Shown piece by piece: positions 1 to 11,865 of a DNA stretch of 64,000 nt (positions within the stretch are counted from its first letter, which is position 1; the number at the start of each line of letters is the position of its first letter). Made by a program: the position numbers and the translations under genes. The DNA lies in assembly GCA_963716725.1 (NCBI GenBank), contig CAVQUB010000021.1:96001-160000 (forward strand), in the 5' to 3' direction. The notes under the pieces are model-generated. The model saw only the letters and a list, made by a program, of their open reading frames with translations, was not told where the DNA came from and did not search any database. The DNA comes from an uncultured delta proteobacterium (GTDB lineage Bacteria; Myxococcota_A; Polyangia; Polyangiales; Polyangiaceae).

Positions 1-1129
1 GTACCTGCTCACCCGTCCCGGTTCGCCAGACCGCGAGCCAAGTCGGCCCACCCACCGCCACCAGCGGCTGGGACGGCGACAGGACTACGGAGCGGTTCTT
101 GGTGATCTCACGCACCCAATCCTCGGTCGCCGTCGCCCCGGCCAGAGGCAACTCCGTCGCCATCCGCTCCTTGCCGTCGGCGTCGAGGACCACGAGCTTC
201 CACGAGCGCGAGCCCGCATCCGACGGCCCGGTCTCCAAGCGCAAGAGCGCGACCTCCGAGTCGTTCGTTGCGAGATCGAAGGTACCGGGGAGCTCCAGGG
301 TCTTCTTGACCGCCAGGCTCGCGGCGGCGAGCTGCACCAGCTGGAGCTTCCCGTCGCTCCGGGCCAGCCAGATCTCGTCCAGACGGCGCGTGGTGAGCAC
401 TCGCCACACCTCGCCTCCCTCCGGCAAGGCCATCGACCAGTGCTTGCCTCCAGGGAAGAACCGCTTGAGCACTGAGCCCGCGGTGTAGACGTACGAACCG
501 TCTTTGAGCAGCGCGAAGCCCTTTTGATCGGCATCGGCCAGCGGGATCAAGTCGAGCGTGTCGAGCCGCCCCAGCTCCCCGAGTTCGTAGGGATAGAGGC
601 TGGGGTCGATGCCGTGGTGGACCCAAATCTTCTTCTTGTCGCGCCGGTCGCCCAGCACCAGGGAGTCCGGGAACAGCGGCAGGCGCGAGTAGCGCTCGGC
701 CTTCTTCGGATCCCGTGGCACGTACCAGACGTCGCTGGAGCCGGCCGCCAGCACGCTGCCATCGACCAGCGCGGCCACCCTTCGAGGCTGCGTGATCGGG
801 AGACGCGTGATTTCCTTCATGTCCTTCGTGCCGCGGATCACCAGCTCGGAGTCGGTGAGCTGCGCCAGGCGTTCATTGCCGAAGGCGACTCTCTGAGCTG
901 GCACGCGACGGGGGGCAACGTCGAGCCTCTCGCTGCGCATTTCGGCCACGACTCGCTTCGCCGCCGCGCTGGCGTCGAAGCCGCTGGCGTCCGGCGCCGC
1001 TGCCAGCGCAGCGTCGAGGTCTCTCGCAGGTGGACGCTCGGGCTCGCTGGGTCGGCTCGGCGGCGCAGGGGCGCGCTCTTCGCAGCCCGCGAGGGCCAAG
1101 ACAACAGCAAGAACCGCGAACGCTCGCAT
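1..1129 (-). CDS. Lipoprotein, probable beta-propeller-like; runs off the left edge (3' partial)
   Basis: Not in the ORF track because there is no stop in the window. Manual translation from ATG 1129: MRAFAVLAVVLALAGC-EERAP (lipobox LAGC), open to position 1, beta-strand-rich sequence. Confidence 0.8.
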   Translation of the reverse strand, partial: MRAFAVLAVVLALAGCEERAPAPPSRPSEPERPPARDLDAALAAAPDASGFDASAAAKRVVAEMRSERLDVAPRRVPAQRVAFGNERLAQLTDSELVIRGTKDMKEITRLPITQPRRVAALVDGSVLAAGSSDVWYVPRDPKKAERYSRLPLFPDSLVLGDRRDKKKIWVHHGIDPSLYPYELGELGRLDTLDLIPLADADQKGFALLKDGSYVYTAGSVLKRFFPGGKHWSMALPEGGEVWRVLTTRRLDEIWLARSDGKLQLVQLAAASLAVKKTLELPGTFDLATNDSEVALLRLETGPSDAGSRSWKLVVLDADGKERMATELPLAGATATEDWVREITKNRSVVLSPSQPLVAVGGPTWLAVWRTGTGEQV

Positions 1130-1190
1130 GGCGGGCCGAGGATAGATCGGACAGGTGACAGCCGGTGCAACTCCGAGTACTGCCAGCCGA

Positions 1191-1616
1191 ATGTTCGCAC
1201 GTGGGGCCGCCTGTCTGCTGCTGTCGGTCGCGTGCGCGACGGGCTGCGGCTACTTGCGCAAGGTCGGCGACTGCCGACGCCTAGCCACCCACGTGAACCG
1301 CGCGCTCACGGAGATCTCGGCCGCCCGCGACGCCGGGGGAGCCACCGCCGAGACCTACCGTGACCTGTCTGCTCGTTACGAGCGACTGGCCCACGAGGTC
1401 GAGATCGGAGTCAGGACCGACGACGCGCGCGGCAAGACCCTCCGGGAGTACTCGCAGTCGTTTCGAGAGACCAGCCGCGCCCTCACCGCGCTCGCCTTCG
1501 CCCTCGAGCAGAAGGACGAAGCGGGCATCACGCGGCTACAGCGCGAACTCGCAACGCTCGCGCGACGCGACAAGACCCTGGTCTCGCGGCTCGACGCGTT
1601 GTGCGCCGAGCCCTGA
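1191..1616 (+). CDS. Hypothetical helical lipoprotein
   Basis: MFARGAACLLLSVACATGC signal/lipobox followed by amphipathic helices; ATG 1191 preferred over 1155. Confidence 0.7.
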   Translation: MFARGAACLLLSVACATGCGYLRKVGDCRRLATHVNRALTEISAARDAGGATAETYRDLSARYERLAHEVEIGVRTDDARGKTLREYSQSFRETSRALTALAFALEQKDEAGITRLQRELATLARRDKTLVSRLDALCAEP

Positions 1617-1623
1617 GCTCCGA

Positions 1624-3501
<1,878 letters not shown>

Positions 3502-3574
3502 GTCAGCAATTGTGCCCTCAGCGCGAGCAGTTCTCAACTGGCGCCCGGCCCCGCCGTGGAACGTCGCGTCAGGC

Positions 3575-4774
3575 TCACTTCTTTTTCTTCTTGGGACGCG
3601 GGACCTTGCGCTCTTTTGGGCCGACGCTCACCTGACCCCACACGTAGCCAACCTGGCGCCGGAACTGGCCGAGCTCGTCGCCGCCGAACAGCCACAGGTC
3701 CCGGGGATCTGTGTCCATGTGCAGCATCGGCGCCCAGTGCCCGCTCGAGACCCAGGTCAGCACCTTTGGCGCGGTCAACGTCGATCGCACCAGCACGATG
3801 CCGCAGGCCGGCTTGACGGCGAGGCCGGAGCATCCGCTGAGCACATGCAGCTCTTCGTTTCCGATCGGGCGCCAGACCCAGTGCCGCTCGAAGCGGAAGC
3901 CCTTCTGCTCACCGATGTCTTGCTTCGCCTCGGCGGGCAGTAGACGCAGCGCCGACGCAGCGAGCTCCTTGTCCGGCGTAGCGCGCGGGTCGAGCTTGTC
4001 CCCGCGCACCACGTTCAGCACGACCTCGGATTCGTTACGGGGCCCTGCGCAACATCGGAAGCCAGTGTTGGCAGCTCGACTCTCGGCGGACCGTCCGATG
4101 GCGTTTGCGCAGCGGCCGACGAGCTCGCCTTGCGGCGCGTTGCCGCCGCGCACCGAGACCAGAGGTCGATTCGAACCACGACCCCAAGGGCTGTCAGTCC
4201 ACTCCCAAACGCCGCCGTGCATGTCCCGCGGTCCGAGCTCACTCTTGCAGCCGACGAGAAACCCCGTCGGTCGCATCGCCGATACGCTTCCGGTTCCGCA
4301 GCGATCGGCGCGGTAAGCGTTGCCGTACTCGTAGGTGTAGTTGTTCGGTCCCTTGCAGGAGCGCTCCCACTCGAGCTCCGTGCAGAGGCGCTTGGCACCC
4401 TCCTCGCACAACGCCGCGGCCTCGGCCTGCGTGACATTGGTGCGGGGGATGGCCCCCTCCTCGTTGGGGAACGGAAATAGGTCCATGTAAAAGCCGTGGA
4501 GGATCACCTGCTCGCCGGGCATTTCCTCGTCCGCGAGCCGCGGATACGCGTCCGGCGGCGTCCCCGCCACCAGCGCGCCGCCGGAGATCCACACCATGCC
4601 CTGCTTCGGCTCCGGGGGCGCGATGGGCGGGCCGATGGACGCGCTGGCGGACGGGCTGGGCTCGGTGGGCTGAGAACGGCGGCCGCGGTCGCAGGCCGCG
4701 CTCACCAGCAGCGAGAGGAGCAAGAGGGTCGTGGGCCAGCCCCAACGTTCGCGGCGCGCGAACGCGAGCCTCAT
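3575..4774 (-). CDS. FGE-sulfatase (SUMF1-like) domain lipoprotein
   Basis: Lipobox [31 protein letters not shown] and TGFRCC motifs; ATGA overlap with the upstream gene. Confidence 0.85.
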   Translation of the reverse strand: MRLAFARRERWGWPTTLLLLSLLVSAACDRGRRSQPTEPSPSASASIGPPIAPPEPKQGMVWISGGALVAGTPPDAYPRLADEEMPGEQVILHGFYMDLFPFPNEEGAIPRTNVTQAEAAALCEEGAKRLCTELEWERSCKGPNNYTYEYGNAYRADRCGTGSVSAMRPTGFLVGCKSELGPRDMHGGVWEWTDSPWGRGSNRPLVSVRGGNAPQGELVGRCANAIGRSAESRAANTGFRCCAGPRNESEVVLNVVRGDKLDPRATPDKELAASALRLLPAEAKQDIGEQKGFRFERHWVWRPIGNEELHVLSGCSGLAVKPACGIVLVRSTLTAPKVLTWVSSGHWAPMLHMDTDPRDLWLFGGDELGQFRRQVGYVWGQVSVGPKERKVPRPKKKKK

Positions 4775-6213
4775 GGCTCGCCGCGCTCGTCCTTCTCGCG
4801 CAATCCGAGCTCTTTCATCTTGAGCTGGAGCCCCTTGCGCGAAATCTTGAGCAGGCGCGCGGCGTGGGTCACGTTGTTGTGAGTCTGTTCGAGCGCCTTG
4901 AGGATCAGCTCGCGCTCGAGCCGGCTCATGGCCGCCTTCACCCGCTCTTTGAGCCCGTCGGCGGGCGAGCCGTCGAGGGCCGGCGGCGGCTCCGAGGGCG
5001 TCGCCGATCGTGAACCCTCTGCCCGCGTCACCTCGGGCGGGAGATCCGCGGCCGAGATCCGATCGCGGTCGCAGAACAGCACCGCGCGCTCCACCAGGTT
5101 CTCGAGCTCCCGAATGTTGCCCGGCCACGGATACGCCATGAGCAGTTGATCGGCTTCCGGGTCGAGGCCCTTGACGCTCTTCTTCAGGCGCGCGTTGAAC
5201 TTCTCGATGAAGTGCCCGACCAGCACCGCGATGTCTTCGCGCCGCTCTCGGAGCGGAGGCAAGCGAATCGAGACGACGTTCAGCCGATAGTAGAGGTCCT
5301 CGCGAAAGGTTCCGTTCGCGATGTCCTTCTTCAAGTCGCTGTTGGTCGCGGCGACCAGTCGTACGTCCACGTGAATGGTCTTGATGCCGCCGACCCGTTC
5401 GAACTCGTGCTCTTGCAGCGCGCGGAGGAGCTTGACCTGCATCTCGATGGGGATGGTGCCAATCTCGTCGAGGAAGAGCGTGCCGCCGTTGGCCAACTCG
5501 AATCGCCCAGGCTTGCTGCCGACCGCCCCGGTGAACGCTCCGCGCTCGTAGCCGAAGAGCTCGCTCTCCATCAGATCGCGGGGGATGGCTGCGCAGTTGA
5601 CCTTGATGAAGGGTTTGTCGCGCCGCGACGAACTCTCGTGCAGCGCACGCGCCACGAGCTCTTTGCCGGTGCCACTCTCGCCCGATACGAGCACCGTGGT
5701 CGGAGTGTCGGCGACACGCTCGAGCACCGCATACAGGTCCAGTACGCTCGCGCTCTGACCGATGATGCCAAAACGAGCGTCTTTCGGCGCCTGCGCCTCG
5801 GCGCTGGGGCTGAACTCGACGGACGACAAGTCGCGGGTCCGAAGCGCCTTCTTGACGATGGCCCGCACCTCGGCCTGATCGAAGGGCTTGGTGATGTAGT
5901 CGAAGGCGCCGGTCTTCAGCGCCTCGACGGCGTTGTCGACGGTCCCGTGCGCCGTGATCATCACCACGGGCAGCTCGCTGTCGATGGCCACCGCCCGCCG
6001 CAGGAGCTCCATGCCGTCCAGTTTGGGCATGCGCAAATCGGTGATCACCAGGTCGATGTGATGGTCCGCGAGGACCAGGAGCGCCTGCTCGCCGTCGTCG
6101 GCGGTGTGCACGTCGTAGCCGTCGCGCGCGAGCTGCGCGGCCAGGACCCGGCGCAGGTTCGGCTCGTCGTCGACCACCAAGATTTGTTTGCGCTCGGGCA
6201 GCATCGAATCCAT
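4771..6213 (-). CDS. Sigma54-dependent response regulator (NtrC/AtoC family: REC-AAA+-HTH)
   Basis: [41 protein letters not shown] and a C-terminal Fis-type HTH. Confidence 0.95.
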   Translation of the reverse strand: MDSMLPERKQILVVDDEPNLRRVLAAQLARDGYDVHTADDGEQALLVLADHHIDLVITDLRMPKLDGMELLRRAVAIDSELPVVMITAHGTVDNAVEALKTGAFDYITKPFDQAEVRAIVKKALRTRDLSSVEFSPSAEAQAPKDARFGIIGQSASVLDLYAVLERVADTPTTVLVSGESGTGKELVARALHESSSRRDKPFIKVNCAAIPRDLMESELFGYERGAFTGAVGSKPGRFELANGGTLFLDEIGTIPIEMQVKLLRALQEHEFERVGGIKTIHVDVRLVAATNSDLKKDIANGTFREDLYYRLNVVSIRLPPLRERREDIAVLVGHFIEKFNARLKKSVKGLDPEADQLLMAYPWPGNIRELENLVERAVLFCDRDRISAADLPPEVTRAEGSRSATPSEPPPALDGSPADGLKERVKAAMSRLERELILKALEQTHNNVTHAARLLKISRKGLQLKMKELGLREKDERGEP

Positions 6214-6220
6214 CAGACGC

Positions 6221-7561
6221 TCATTCGCATCGGGAGCCGCGCTTCGACCCCGGGAGCAGCTTGGAGCAGTAAAAGAGCGCTGCCTTGCCGTTGCCGGGCG
6301 CTCCGGCCACGAAGATGTCTCGGTCGGGCTGGTGCACGACTGCGATGGACGTGCCCAGTCGGTCGCCGGACTCCGCGCTGGAGATGAAGCGCGCCTCGAG
6401 CAGCCACTCGGGATGCTCGGCGGACACGTCGAAGACGAAGACAGCGCCGGCATCGGATTCGTCGCGCACGGCCATGCCCGGCGCCCCGACCAAGACCTCG
6501 CCGTCGCCGTTCTGATCCAGATCCGCCACGGCCAGCGCCGCGCCGAAGCGTGAGCCACCGCAGCCGTCGAGGTCGGCGGTGGTCCGACACTTCAGCTTGA
6601 CGACCGGCGTCACATTGGTCGCACAGGAGGCGGGCGCACCCTCGAGCAGCGATCCGTCGATGACCCAGACCTCCTTGTCGGTCGCGACCACCAGCTCTTC
6701 GTTTGCGTCGCCCCCGGTGACGAAACCGGCGCTGAGCGTGCGGCCGAACCCGGGCTCCGACGACGCAAAACAGTGCGCGAGCGCGCCGGTGTCGTCGAAA
6801 ACGTGGACCCGGCTCAGGGCGGGTTCCCCCACGGCTATCCAGCGTTTGCCTTTGGTTTCGAGGATCGCGAGGGCGGCCCCGAAGGTGGGACCCGCGGGTC
6901 CCGGGTCGAGGGAGGTCGGGTCTTGGGAGCCTGCGGGGTAGAACCAAGCCGAACCGCTGGAAGTGTCGAGGGACGTCGCTCCGGCGGCGACCACCGGCGT
7001 GAGCGGGACCACGGGCTGAGCGTTGCCTGAACGCTTGGGCCGCTCCGACGTCAGCGCCAGCTGATTGCCCGGCTCGGGCAGGCTCAAACCCGCGGGCGCG
7101 TCGAGCCGGCTGAGGAACGCTGTCTTTCCGGCGTCGCACTGCACTTGGATGCCGGTGCCGTCCCAACCTTCGGCGAAGCACAAGGTGCGGGGCTGGTTGT
7201 CGAGAAACGCCTTGGGCATCGCGGCAGCGTTCTTTGCGAGCGTGCAACCCACATCGCAATGGCCTGCTCGCGCGGCGTCTTTGCTCGCGCCTTGGCCAGT
7301 GCCGATCTCGAACTCCGCGCCACCCGTGTGCCCCGGCGCGGCGCCGACGAACACCCGATAGAAACCGTCCACTTCGGCGCTCGCAACGCTCGAACCGAAG
7401 CCCGATCCGACGCTGTCTGGCTTCTCGAGCAGCAGCACCGGCGCGTCCTGGCTGACATCGTCGAAGCGCGCCCAGGAGCACGACACGACACCGGCGACGA
7501 GGCCTAGCGCCAGCGGAAGGACCAGGGCAGCCCGGCGCGGACTAGCGTTCCAGGTCGGCAT
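6221..7561 (-). CDS. FG-GAP/integrin-alpha repeat lipoprotein
   Basis: [35 protein letters not shown] and VAGAPG repeats; lipobox VVSC. Confidence 0.85.
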   Translation of the reverse strand: MPTWNASPRRAALVLPLALGLVAGVVSCSWARFDDVSQDAPVLLLEKPDSVGSGFGSSVASAEVDGFYRVFVGAAPGHTGGAEFEIGTGQGASKDAARAGHCDVGCTLAKNAAAMPKAFLDNQPRTLCFAEGWDGTGIQVQCDAGKTAFLSRLDAPAGLSLPEPGNQLALTSERPKRSGNAQPVVPLTPVVAAGATSLDTSSGSAWFYPAGSQDPTSLDPGPAGPTFGAALAILETKGKRWIAVGEPALSRVHVFDDTGALAHCFASSEPGFGRTLSAGFVTGGDANEELVVATDKEVWVIDGSLLEGAPASCATNVTPVVKLKCRTTADLDGCGGSRFGAALAVADLDQNGDGEVLVGAPGMAVRDESDAGAVFVFDVSAEHPEWLLEARFISSAESGDRLGTSIAVVHQPDRDIFVAGAPGNGKAALFYCSKLLPGSKRGSRCE

Positions 7562-9228
7562 CAGAAGCGCCCTCCGATCGAGAAGCCCTGGGGGCCGGGA
7601 GACACGCCGATCGAGAAGCGCTGGTCGCGGCGGACCTTCGGCTGCGGCAGCGCGACTCTCGACGGAGTCTGCCGCCAAGCCGTGGGTCGCTGCTTCCTCG
7701 GATCGTTGAACTCGACGGGCTTGTTCTTCACGGCGCGGGATTCAGGCAGCGGATCTTTGATGAAGTTGTAGGTGGCAAAGGCACCCAAGACGCCACCGAT
7801 GGCGAAGCCGGCGTTGGCGCCGATGGCGAAGATCCGCCCGCGCTTGATCCGGGCGTCGTCCTCTTCGAGCACGCCCGCCTTGCGATCGTTCTCGAGGTCG
7901 TCGTGCAGGTTGTTCGACCAGATGCCGAAGAACACCCCGGCGCCGACGAACGCGGTACCGATCACCGCCTGCGTCCAGGCCGCGCCCCGCGGGTACTTCT
8001 TCACCATGTCGGCGTGCAGGGGCATGACCTGCCCGGCGGGCACGGTGACGACCTCCTCATAGGTCTTGTACCCGCTCGAAGCGATGGTCAGCTTGTGCTG
8101 CCCCGCGTCGGCCTTGACGGCCAGGGGCGCCTCGCCGGAACGCCAGACGCCCGCGGGTTTCTCGTCGATGGAGACCTTCAGCTCCGGCGCGTTGCCGTCG
8201 ACCCGCACGTAGCCGTAGCCGACCCGGACGAGCTTGACCTCGAGCTCCTTCTGCTCGCCGCGGCCCAGGTCGAGCTTCTTGACGAAGGTCTCGAAGCCGG
8301 GCGCCTCGACCAGGAGCGAGTGCCGTCCGCTCGCCACCAGCTCGCCATGCGGCGTGGCACCCCATGGAGCACGTGCGCGTCTATCGTCGTCGATGAACGC
8401 GTAGGCGCCGATGACGTTGGCCGATACGCGCAAGAAGCTCATGAACTCTCCCTGGGAGAGGTTCGCGCGGAAGTGGAACACCTTGGCGCGCCGAACCTCG
8501 ACCGCCGCGTCGCAGGCCTTGAAGTCCATGTAGGGATCCACGACGACGTGGTAGCTGCCGACTTCCAAGGTCAGGTTCGCCGGAGACTGCGCGGTGGTCA
8601 CCTGATGCCAGCCCGGATTCTGGCCCCCGAGCTTGAAGGCCGGTGCCGACTCCGTCGTCCGCGCGTACAGCTTGATGGGCGCCCCCGGCGGGTCGGTCTC
8701 GATCAGCGCCAAGGACTTCATGGAGTCCGCGGTGTCCGAATCCAGCGCCGGAGGAGGAAGCGGCGGAGCGGCGTCGTCGGCGCCCGCTTCACCGGCGTCG
8801 TCGAGGCCAGCGTCCGCGTCCGGCGGCGGCGGCGCCATGCCCTTCGAGGCTTCCAAGGCGGCGATCCGGGCGCGCACCTTGGCGGCGTCCGGAGCGTTGG
8901 GATCGGAGGTCAAATAGTCCCGGAACTTCTGGAGCGCCGGGTCGACCTGACCCAATTTTTGGTAACAAACTCCGGCGTTGAACAGGAAGGCTGCATACGG
9001 CTGCTCGGCGTGCCCGGCCTCGAACAGCTTGGCGGCCCCCGCGTAGTCGCCGGACACGAAGAGCGCCTGCCCCTTCTCCATGCGCTCTCGGATCAGCTCC
9101 AGCTTCTTCGCCGAGACGGCCTTTCCGCCCTGAGCTTTCGCTCCGTCAGGCGCCGAGAGCGCAACCACCAAGATCAACAGCAGCCCGCTCAACCACGCCA
9201 GTGTTCTCGATGAGGTAAGCCGTCCCAC
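7561..9228 (-). CDS. TPR + PEGA domain membrane/secreted protein
   Basis: Signal peptide, TPR (GDYAGAAKLFEAG...FNAGVCYQKLG), PEGA-like repeats (ETDPPGA, VEAPGFE, ASSGYK) and C-terminal hydrophobic helices. Start GTG 9228 is inferred. Confidence 0.8.
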   Translation of the reverse strand: MGRLTSSRTLAWLSGLLLILVVALSAPDGAKAQGGKAVSAKKLELIRERMEKGQALFVSGDYAGAAKLFEAGHAEQPYAAFLFNAGVCYQKLGQVDPALQKFRDYLTSDPNAPDAAKVRARIAALEASKGMAPPPPDADAGLDDAGEAGADDAAPPLPPPALDSDTADSMKSLALIETDPPGAPIKLYARTTESAPAFKLGGQNPGWHQVTTAQSPANLTLEVGSYHVVVDPYMDFKACDAAVEVRRAKVFHFRANLSQGEFMSFLRVSANVIGAYAFIDDDRRARAPWGATPHGELVASGRHSLLVEAPGFETFVKKLDLGRGEQKELEVKLVRVGYGYVRVDGNAPELKVSIDEKPAGVWRSGEAPLAVKADAGQHKLTIASSGYKTYEEVVTVPAGQVMPLHADMVKKYPRGAAWTQAVIGTAFVGAGVFFGIWSNNLHDDLENDRKAGVLEEDDARIKRGRIFAIGANAGFAIGGVLGAFATYNFIKDPLPESRAVKNKPVEFNDPRKQRPTAWRQTPSRVALPQPKVRRDQRFSIGVSPGPQGFSIGGRF

Positions 9229-9298
9229 AGCTGCGCACTTGACCCCGGATGCGGGCGTGGCACAAGCCCGAGCGGTTTCGGGCTCCAAGGCCTCGGTC

Positions 9299-9351
9299 GT
9301 TGCACGAAGGTTGCACGAAGATTGAGGTCCGGCCCCAGGTGCCATTATGCT
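9299..9351 (+). promoter_or_regulatory. 11-bp perfect tandem repeat (GTTGCACGAAG x2) abutting a possible sigma70-type promoter TTGAGG-18-TATGCT
   Basis: Repeat at 9299-9309 and 9310-9320; -35-like 9322-9327 and -10-like 9346-9351, in a divergent intergenic gap. Confidence 0.45.
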
Positions 9352-9370
9352 ATCGAGAAGCTCCCCCGGC

Positions 9371-10240
9371 ATGCCCCGAATTGCCATGCGCGCCCCCTGT
9401 CACCTCATCTTGGCTGCTGCCTTCGCGCTCGCGCCCGCCGTGGCCGCGGCCGAGGATGCGCCGAAGCCGTTCCCAGCGTGTGAGAAGACTCCGACCGAGG
9501 GTGACGTGGCCGGCGCCAAGGGCGCCTTCCAGGCAGGGCAGGCCTCCTTCGAAGAGGGCGACTACAACCGCGCGATCTCCTACTGGGACGACGCCTATCG
9601 GCGCGACTGCACGGCGCACGCGTTGCTCCTGAATCTGGCCCGGGCCTTCGAGCTCAACAACCAGAGACGCCACGCTGTCGGCGCGCTCGAGACCTACCTG
9701 GCGCGCCAACCGAGCTCCCCGCAGCGCGATCAGATCGCGCGGCGCATCGAGGGGCTGAACGAGAAGGTCACTCAAGACGCGGGCAAAGCCGGCGTCAGCC
9801 CCGCTCCCGGTCCCGATGGCAATCCGCCGGCCGTCGGCGTCGATCCGGAAACTCCGACCTCGCCGGACACCGGCGGCAGTCGGCCCATCACTCCGCTCAT
9901 CGTCGCGGGCGCTGGCGGCGTGATCACCATCCTGGGCGCTGTGCTCTACCTGGGCGCATCGTCGGACGTGAAAGACATCGAGGACCAGTGCGGCGGTGGC
10001 CGCAACTGCCCGCCCAAGCTTGCGGAAGAGGGAAACGACGCCCGGAGTCGTCAGACGACCTGGGGCATCGTCACCATCGGCGGCCTGGCGGTCACGGCCG
10101 GTGGCCTGGTTTGGTACCTGGTGTCCAAGCCGAGCCAGGCCACGTCGACCGGCGCCCTGAAACAAAAGCGTGTGCTCCCGCGCGTCGATCCGCTGGTCGG
10201 CCGTGGCTTCGCCGGCCTCGGCGTCAGCGGCTCGTTCTGA
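9371..10240 (+). CDS. TPR-containing membrane protein
   Basis: Signal peptide (AVAAA-EDA), TPR (GDYNRAISYW...LLNLARAFE) and two C-terminal TM helices. Start could be 9347, 9371 or 9386. Confidence 0.8.
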   Translation: MPRIAMRAPCHLILAAAFALAPAVAAAEDAPKPFPACEKTPTEGDVAGAKGAFQAGQASFEEGDYNRAISYWDDAYRRDCTAHALLLNLARAFELNNQRRHAVGALETYLARQPSSPQRDQIARRIEGLNEKVTQDAGKAGVSPAPGPDGNPPAVGVDPETPTSPDTGGSRPITPLIVAGAGGVITILGAVLYLGASSDVKDIEDQCGGGRNCPPKLAEEGNDARSRQTTWGIVTIGGLAVTAGGLVWYLVSKPSQATSTGALKQKRVLPRVDPLVGRGFAGLGVSGSF

Positions 10241-10510
10241 TCAGCGCGCGGGTTCTTCGGGCTCGGGGTTCGCTTCGTCCCGATCGTCGCTCTCGGTCTC
10301 GGGCTTCGCGCGCTTGCTGGTGAAGACGACGTAGCGTGACTGAGCGTTCGGTCCGCCGTCGAGTCGTGACAGATCAGGCTCGAGCGGAAAGGGCGTCTCG
10401 CTCGACGAGCCGCCGCAGGCCGCGAATGCGGCGACGAGTGCGATGGTCGAGACTGCGCAAGCGAGTCGAAGCACGGCGAGGTCCGTAGCACGGGAGCTGC
10501 GCCCTCGCAT
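10241..10510 (-). CDS. Small hypothetical lipoprotein
   Basis: IALVAAFAAC-GGSSSETPFP lipobox and an acidic tail; start uncertain. Confidence 0.6.
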   Translation of the reverse strand: MRGRSSRATDLAVLRLACAVSTIALVAAFAACGGSSSETPFPLEPDLSRLDGGPNAQSRYVVFTSKRAKPETESDDRDEANPEPEEPAR

Positions 10511-10556
10511 AGGGTTCGGGTGGCCCGGCGGGACGAGTTGCTCTAGCTTTCGCCCG

Positions 10557-11117
10557 ATGACCGACGCGCGGCGCGCCTTTCGACCCGTGCTGCTGGCAGC
10601 GCTCGCGGCGGCTTGCGGCGGGGAAGAGCAGGCGCCCGATGCCTGCCCGGCGCCCGCTTGCCCCGTCGATACCGCCGGGCTGGATCTCTCGACGCCCGCG
10701 GTCGGCTTCACCGCCGAGGTACTGCCGCTCCTCCGCCGATCGTGCGGCCTGTCGAACTCGTGCCACGGGTCGGCGACCTCGAGCGCTGCCGACCTCTACT
10801 TGGGCCCCAAACGCAGCGACACCACCACGGTCATCGATCAAGCCCTTCGTCAGAAGATCATCGACGCAATCGTGGACGTTCCCTCCAAGACGGCGGCCGC
10901 GATGTCCCTGGTGAAACCCTCGGATCCGACCCAGAGTTTCCTGATGCTGAAGATGGACGGTTGTCACGTCGCGGCAGGCCTCGTGTGCACGCCCCAGCCG
11001 AAATCGAAATCCGGGGCTGCATGTGGCGACCGGATGCCACAGACCGCGTCGCCGCTCTGCGTGGAGGACCGCGACGTCATGCGTCGCTGGATCGCGCAAG
11101 GCGCTTCGAACGATTGA
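10557..11117 (+). CDS. Lipoprotein with cytochrome c-like motifs
   Basis: LAAAC lipobox; CGLSNSCH, VKPSDPTQSFLMLK, GDRMP and RRWIAQGA motifs. Confidence 0.65.
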   Translation: MTDARRAFRPVLLAALAAACGGEEQAPDACPAPACPVDTAGLDLSTPAVGFTAEVLPLLRRSCGLSNSCHGSATSSAADLYLGPKRSDTTTVIDQALRQKIIDAIVDVPSKTAAAMSLVKPSDPTQSFLMLKMDGCHVAAGLVCTPQPKSKSGAACGDRMPQTASPLCVEDRDVMRRWIAQGASND

Positions 11118-11124
11118 GGGGACG

Positions 11125-11730
11125 ATGATCGGAAGACTCGCGGGCAGAGTGTTGGCTGAGGACGCGACCGGCATGCTGCTCGTCGATGTCGGTGGAGTGG
11201 GCTACGAGGTGTCGGCTCCGGTGGGCGCTCGCGGTCGGGCCCAGTCCAATGGCCCCGACCAGGTGGTGTTGTTCGTCCACACACACGTGCGCGAGGACGC
11301 CTTCGACCTCTTCGGGTTCGCCGCCGAAGAGGAGCGCAGGGTGTTCCGACTGCTGATCGGCGTACCCAACGTGGGACCGAGGACGGCCCTGGGGGTGCTC
11401 AGCGCAATCCCCTTCGACGAGCTGGCACGCGCCGTCGAGACCGGTGATGTCGCGCGGCTGACCCGGGTGCCCGGCATCGGCAAGAAGACAGCCGAACGCC
11501 TGGTGCTCGAGCTCAAAGAAAAAATGCCGAGCGCCGGGCTGAAGTCCGCGGGCCCCGAGCCGGCCCGCTCGCCGGCGTCGGACGACTCGCGAAAGCTGCA
11601 CTTTGCGCTCACGAACATGGGTTACCGGCCTGCGGAGGCCGAGCGAGCCTTGAAGGCCCTGGGCGACCGCGTGGGCCAGGACCCGCTCGCGGACTTGCTG
11701 CGCGACGCGCTCGCGGTACTGAACCCTTAA
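11125..11730 (+). CDS. ruvA: Holliday junction branch migration protein RuvA
   Basis: MIGRLAG, DVGGVGYEV, HVREDAFDLFGF, VGPRTAL, VPGIGKKTAERLVLELK and ALTNMGY motifs. Confidence 0.97.
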   Translation: MIGRLAGRVLAEDATGMLLVDVGGVGYEVSAPVGARGRAQSNGPDQVVLFVHTHVREDAFDLFGFAAEEERRVFRLLIGVPNVGPRTALGVLSAIPFDELARAVETGDVARLTRVPGIGKKTAERLVLELKEKMPSAGLKSAGPEPARSPASDDSRKLHFALTNMGYRPAEAERALKALGDRVGQDPLADLLRDALAVLNP

Positions 11731-11772
11731 CCGCGCTCTTTGGCCCCAGCGGCGCCCCACGTCCCACGATCC

Positions 11773-11800
11773 TTGACCCCCACGAGGGGGCGTGGATAAT
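11773..11800 (+). promoter_or_regulatory. Possible sigma70-type promoter for the FHA-Nudix-comF-GYF gene run
   Basis: TTGACC (11773-11778), 16-nt spacer, GATAAT (11795-11800); about 65 nt upstream of the next start. Confidence 0.45.
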
Positions 11801-11865
11801 CGCGCAGTTATTGCGAAAGTTGCGGCGCAGACGCCCCTACCACCGGCGCGCCGGGGAGCCCCTCA

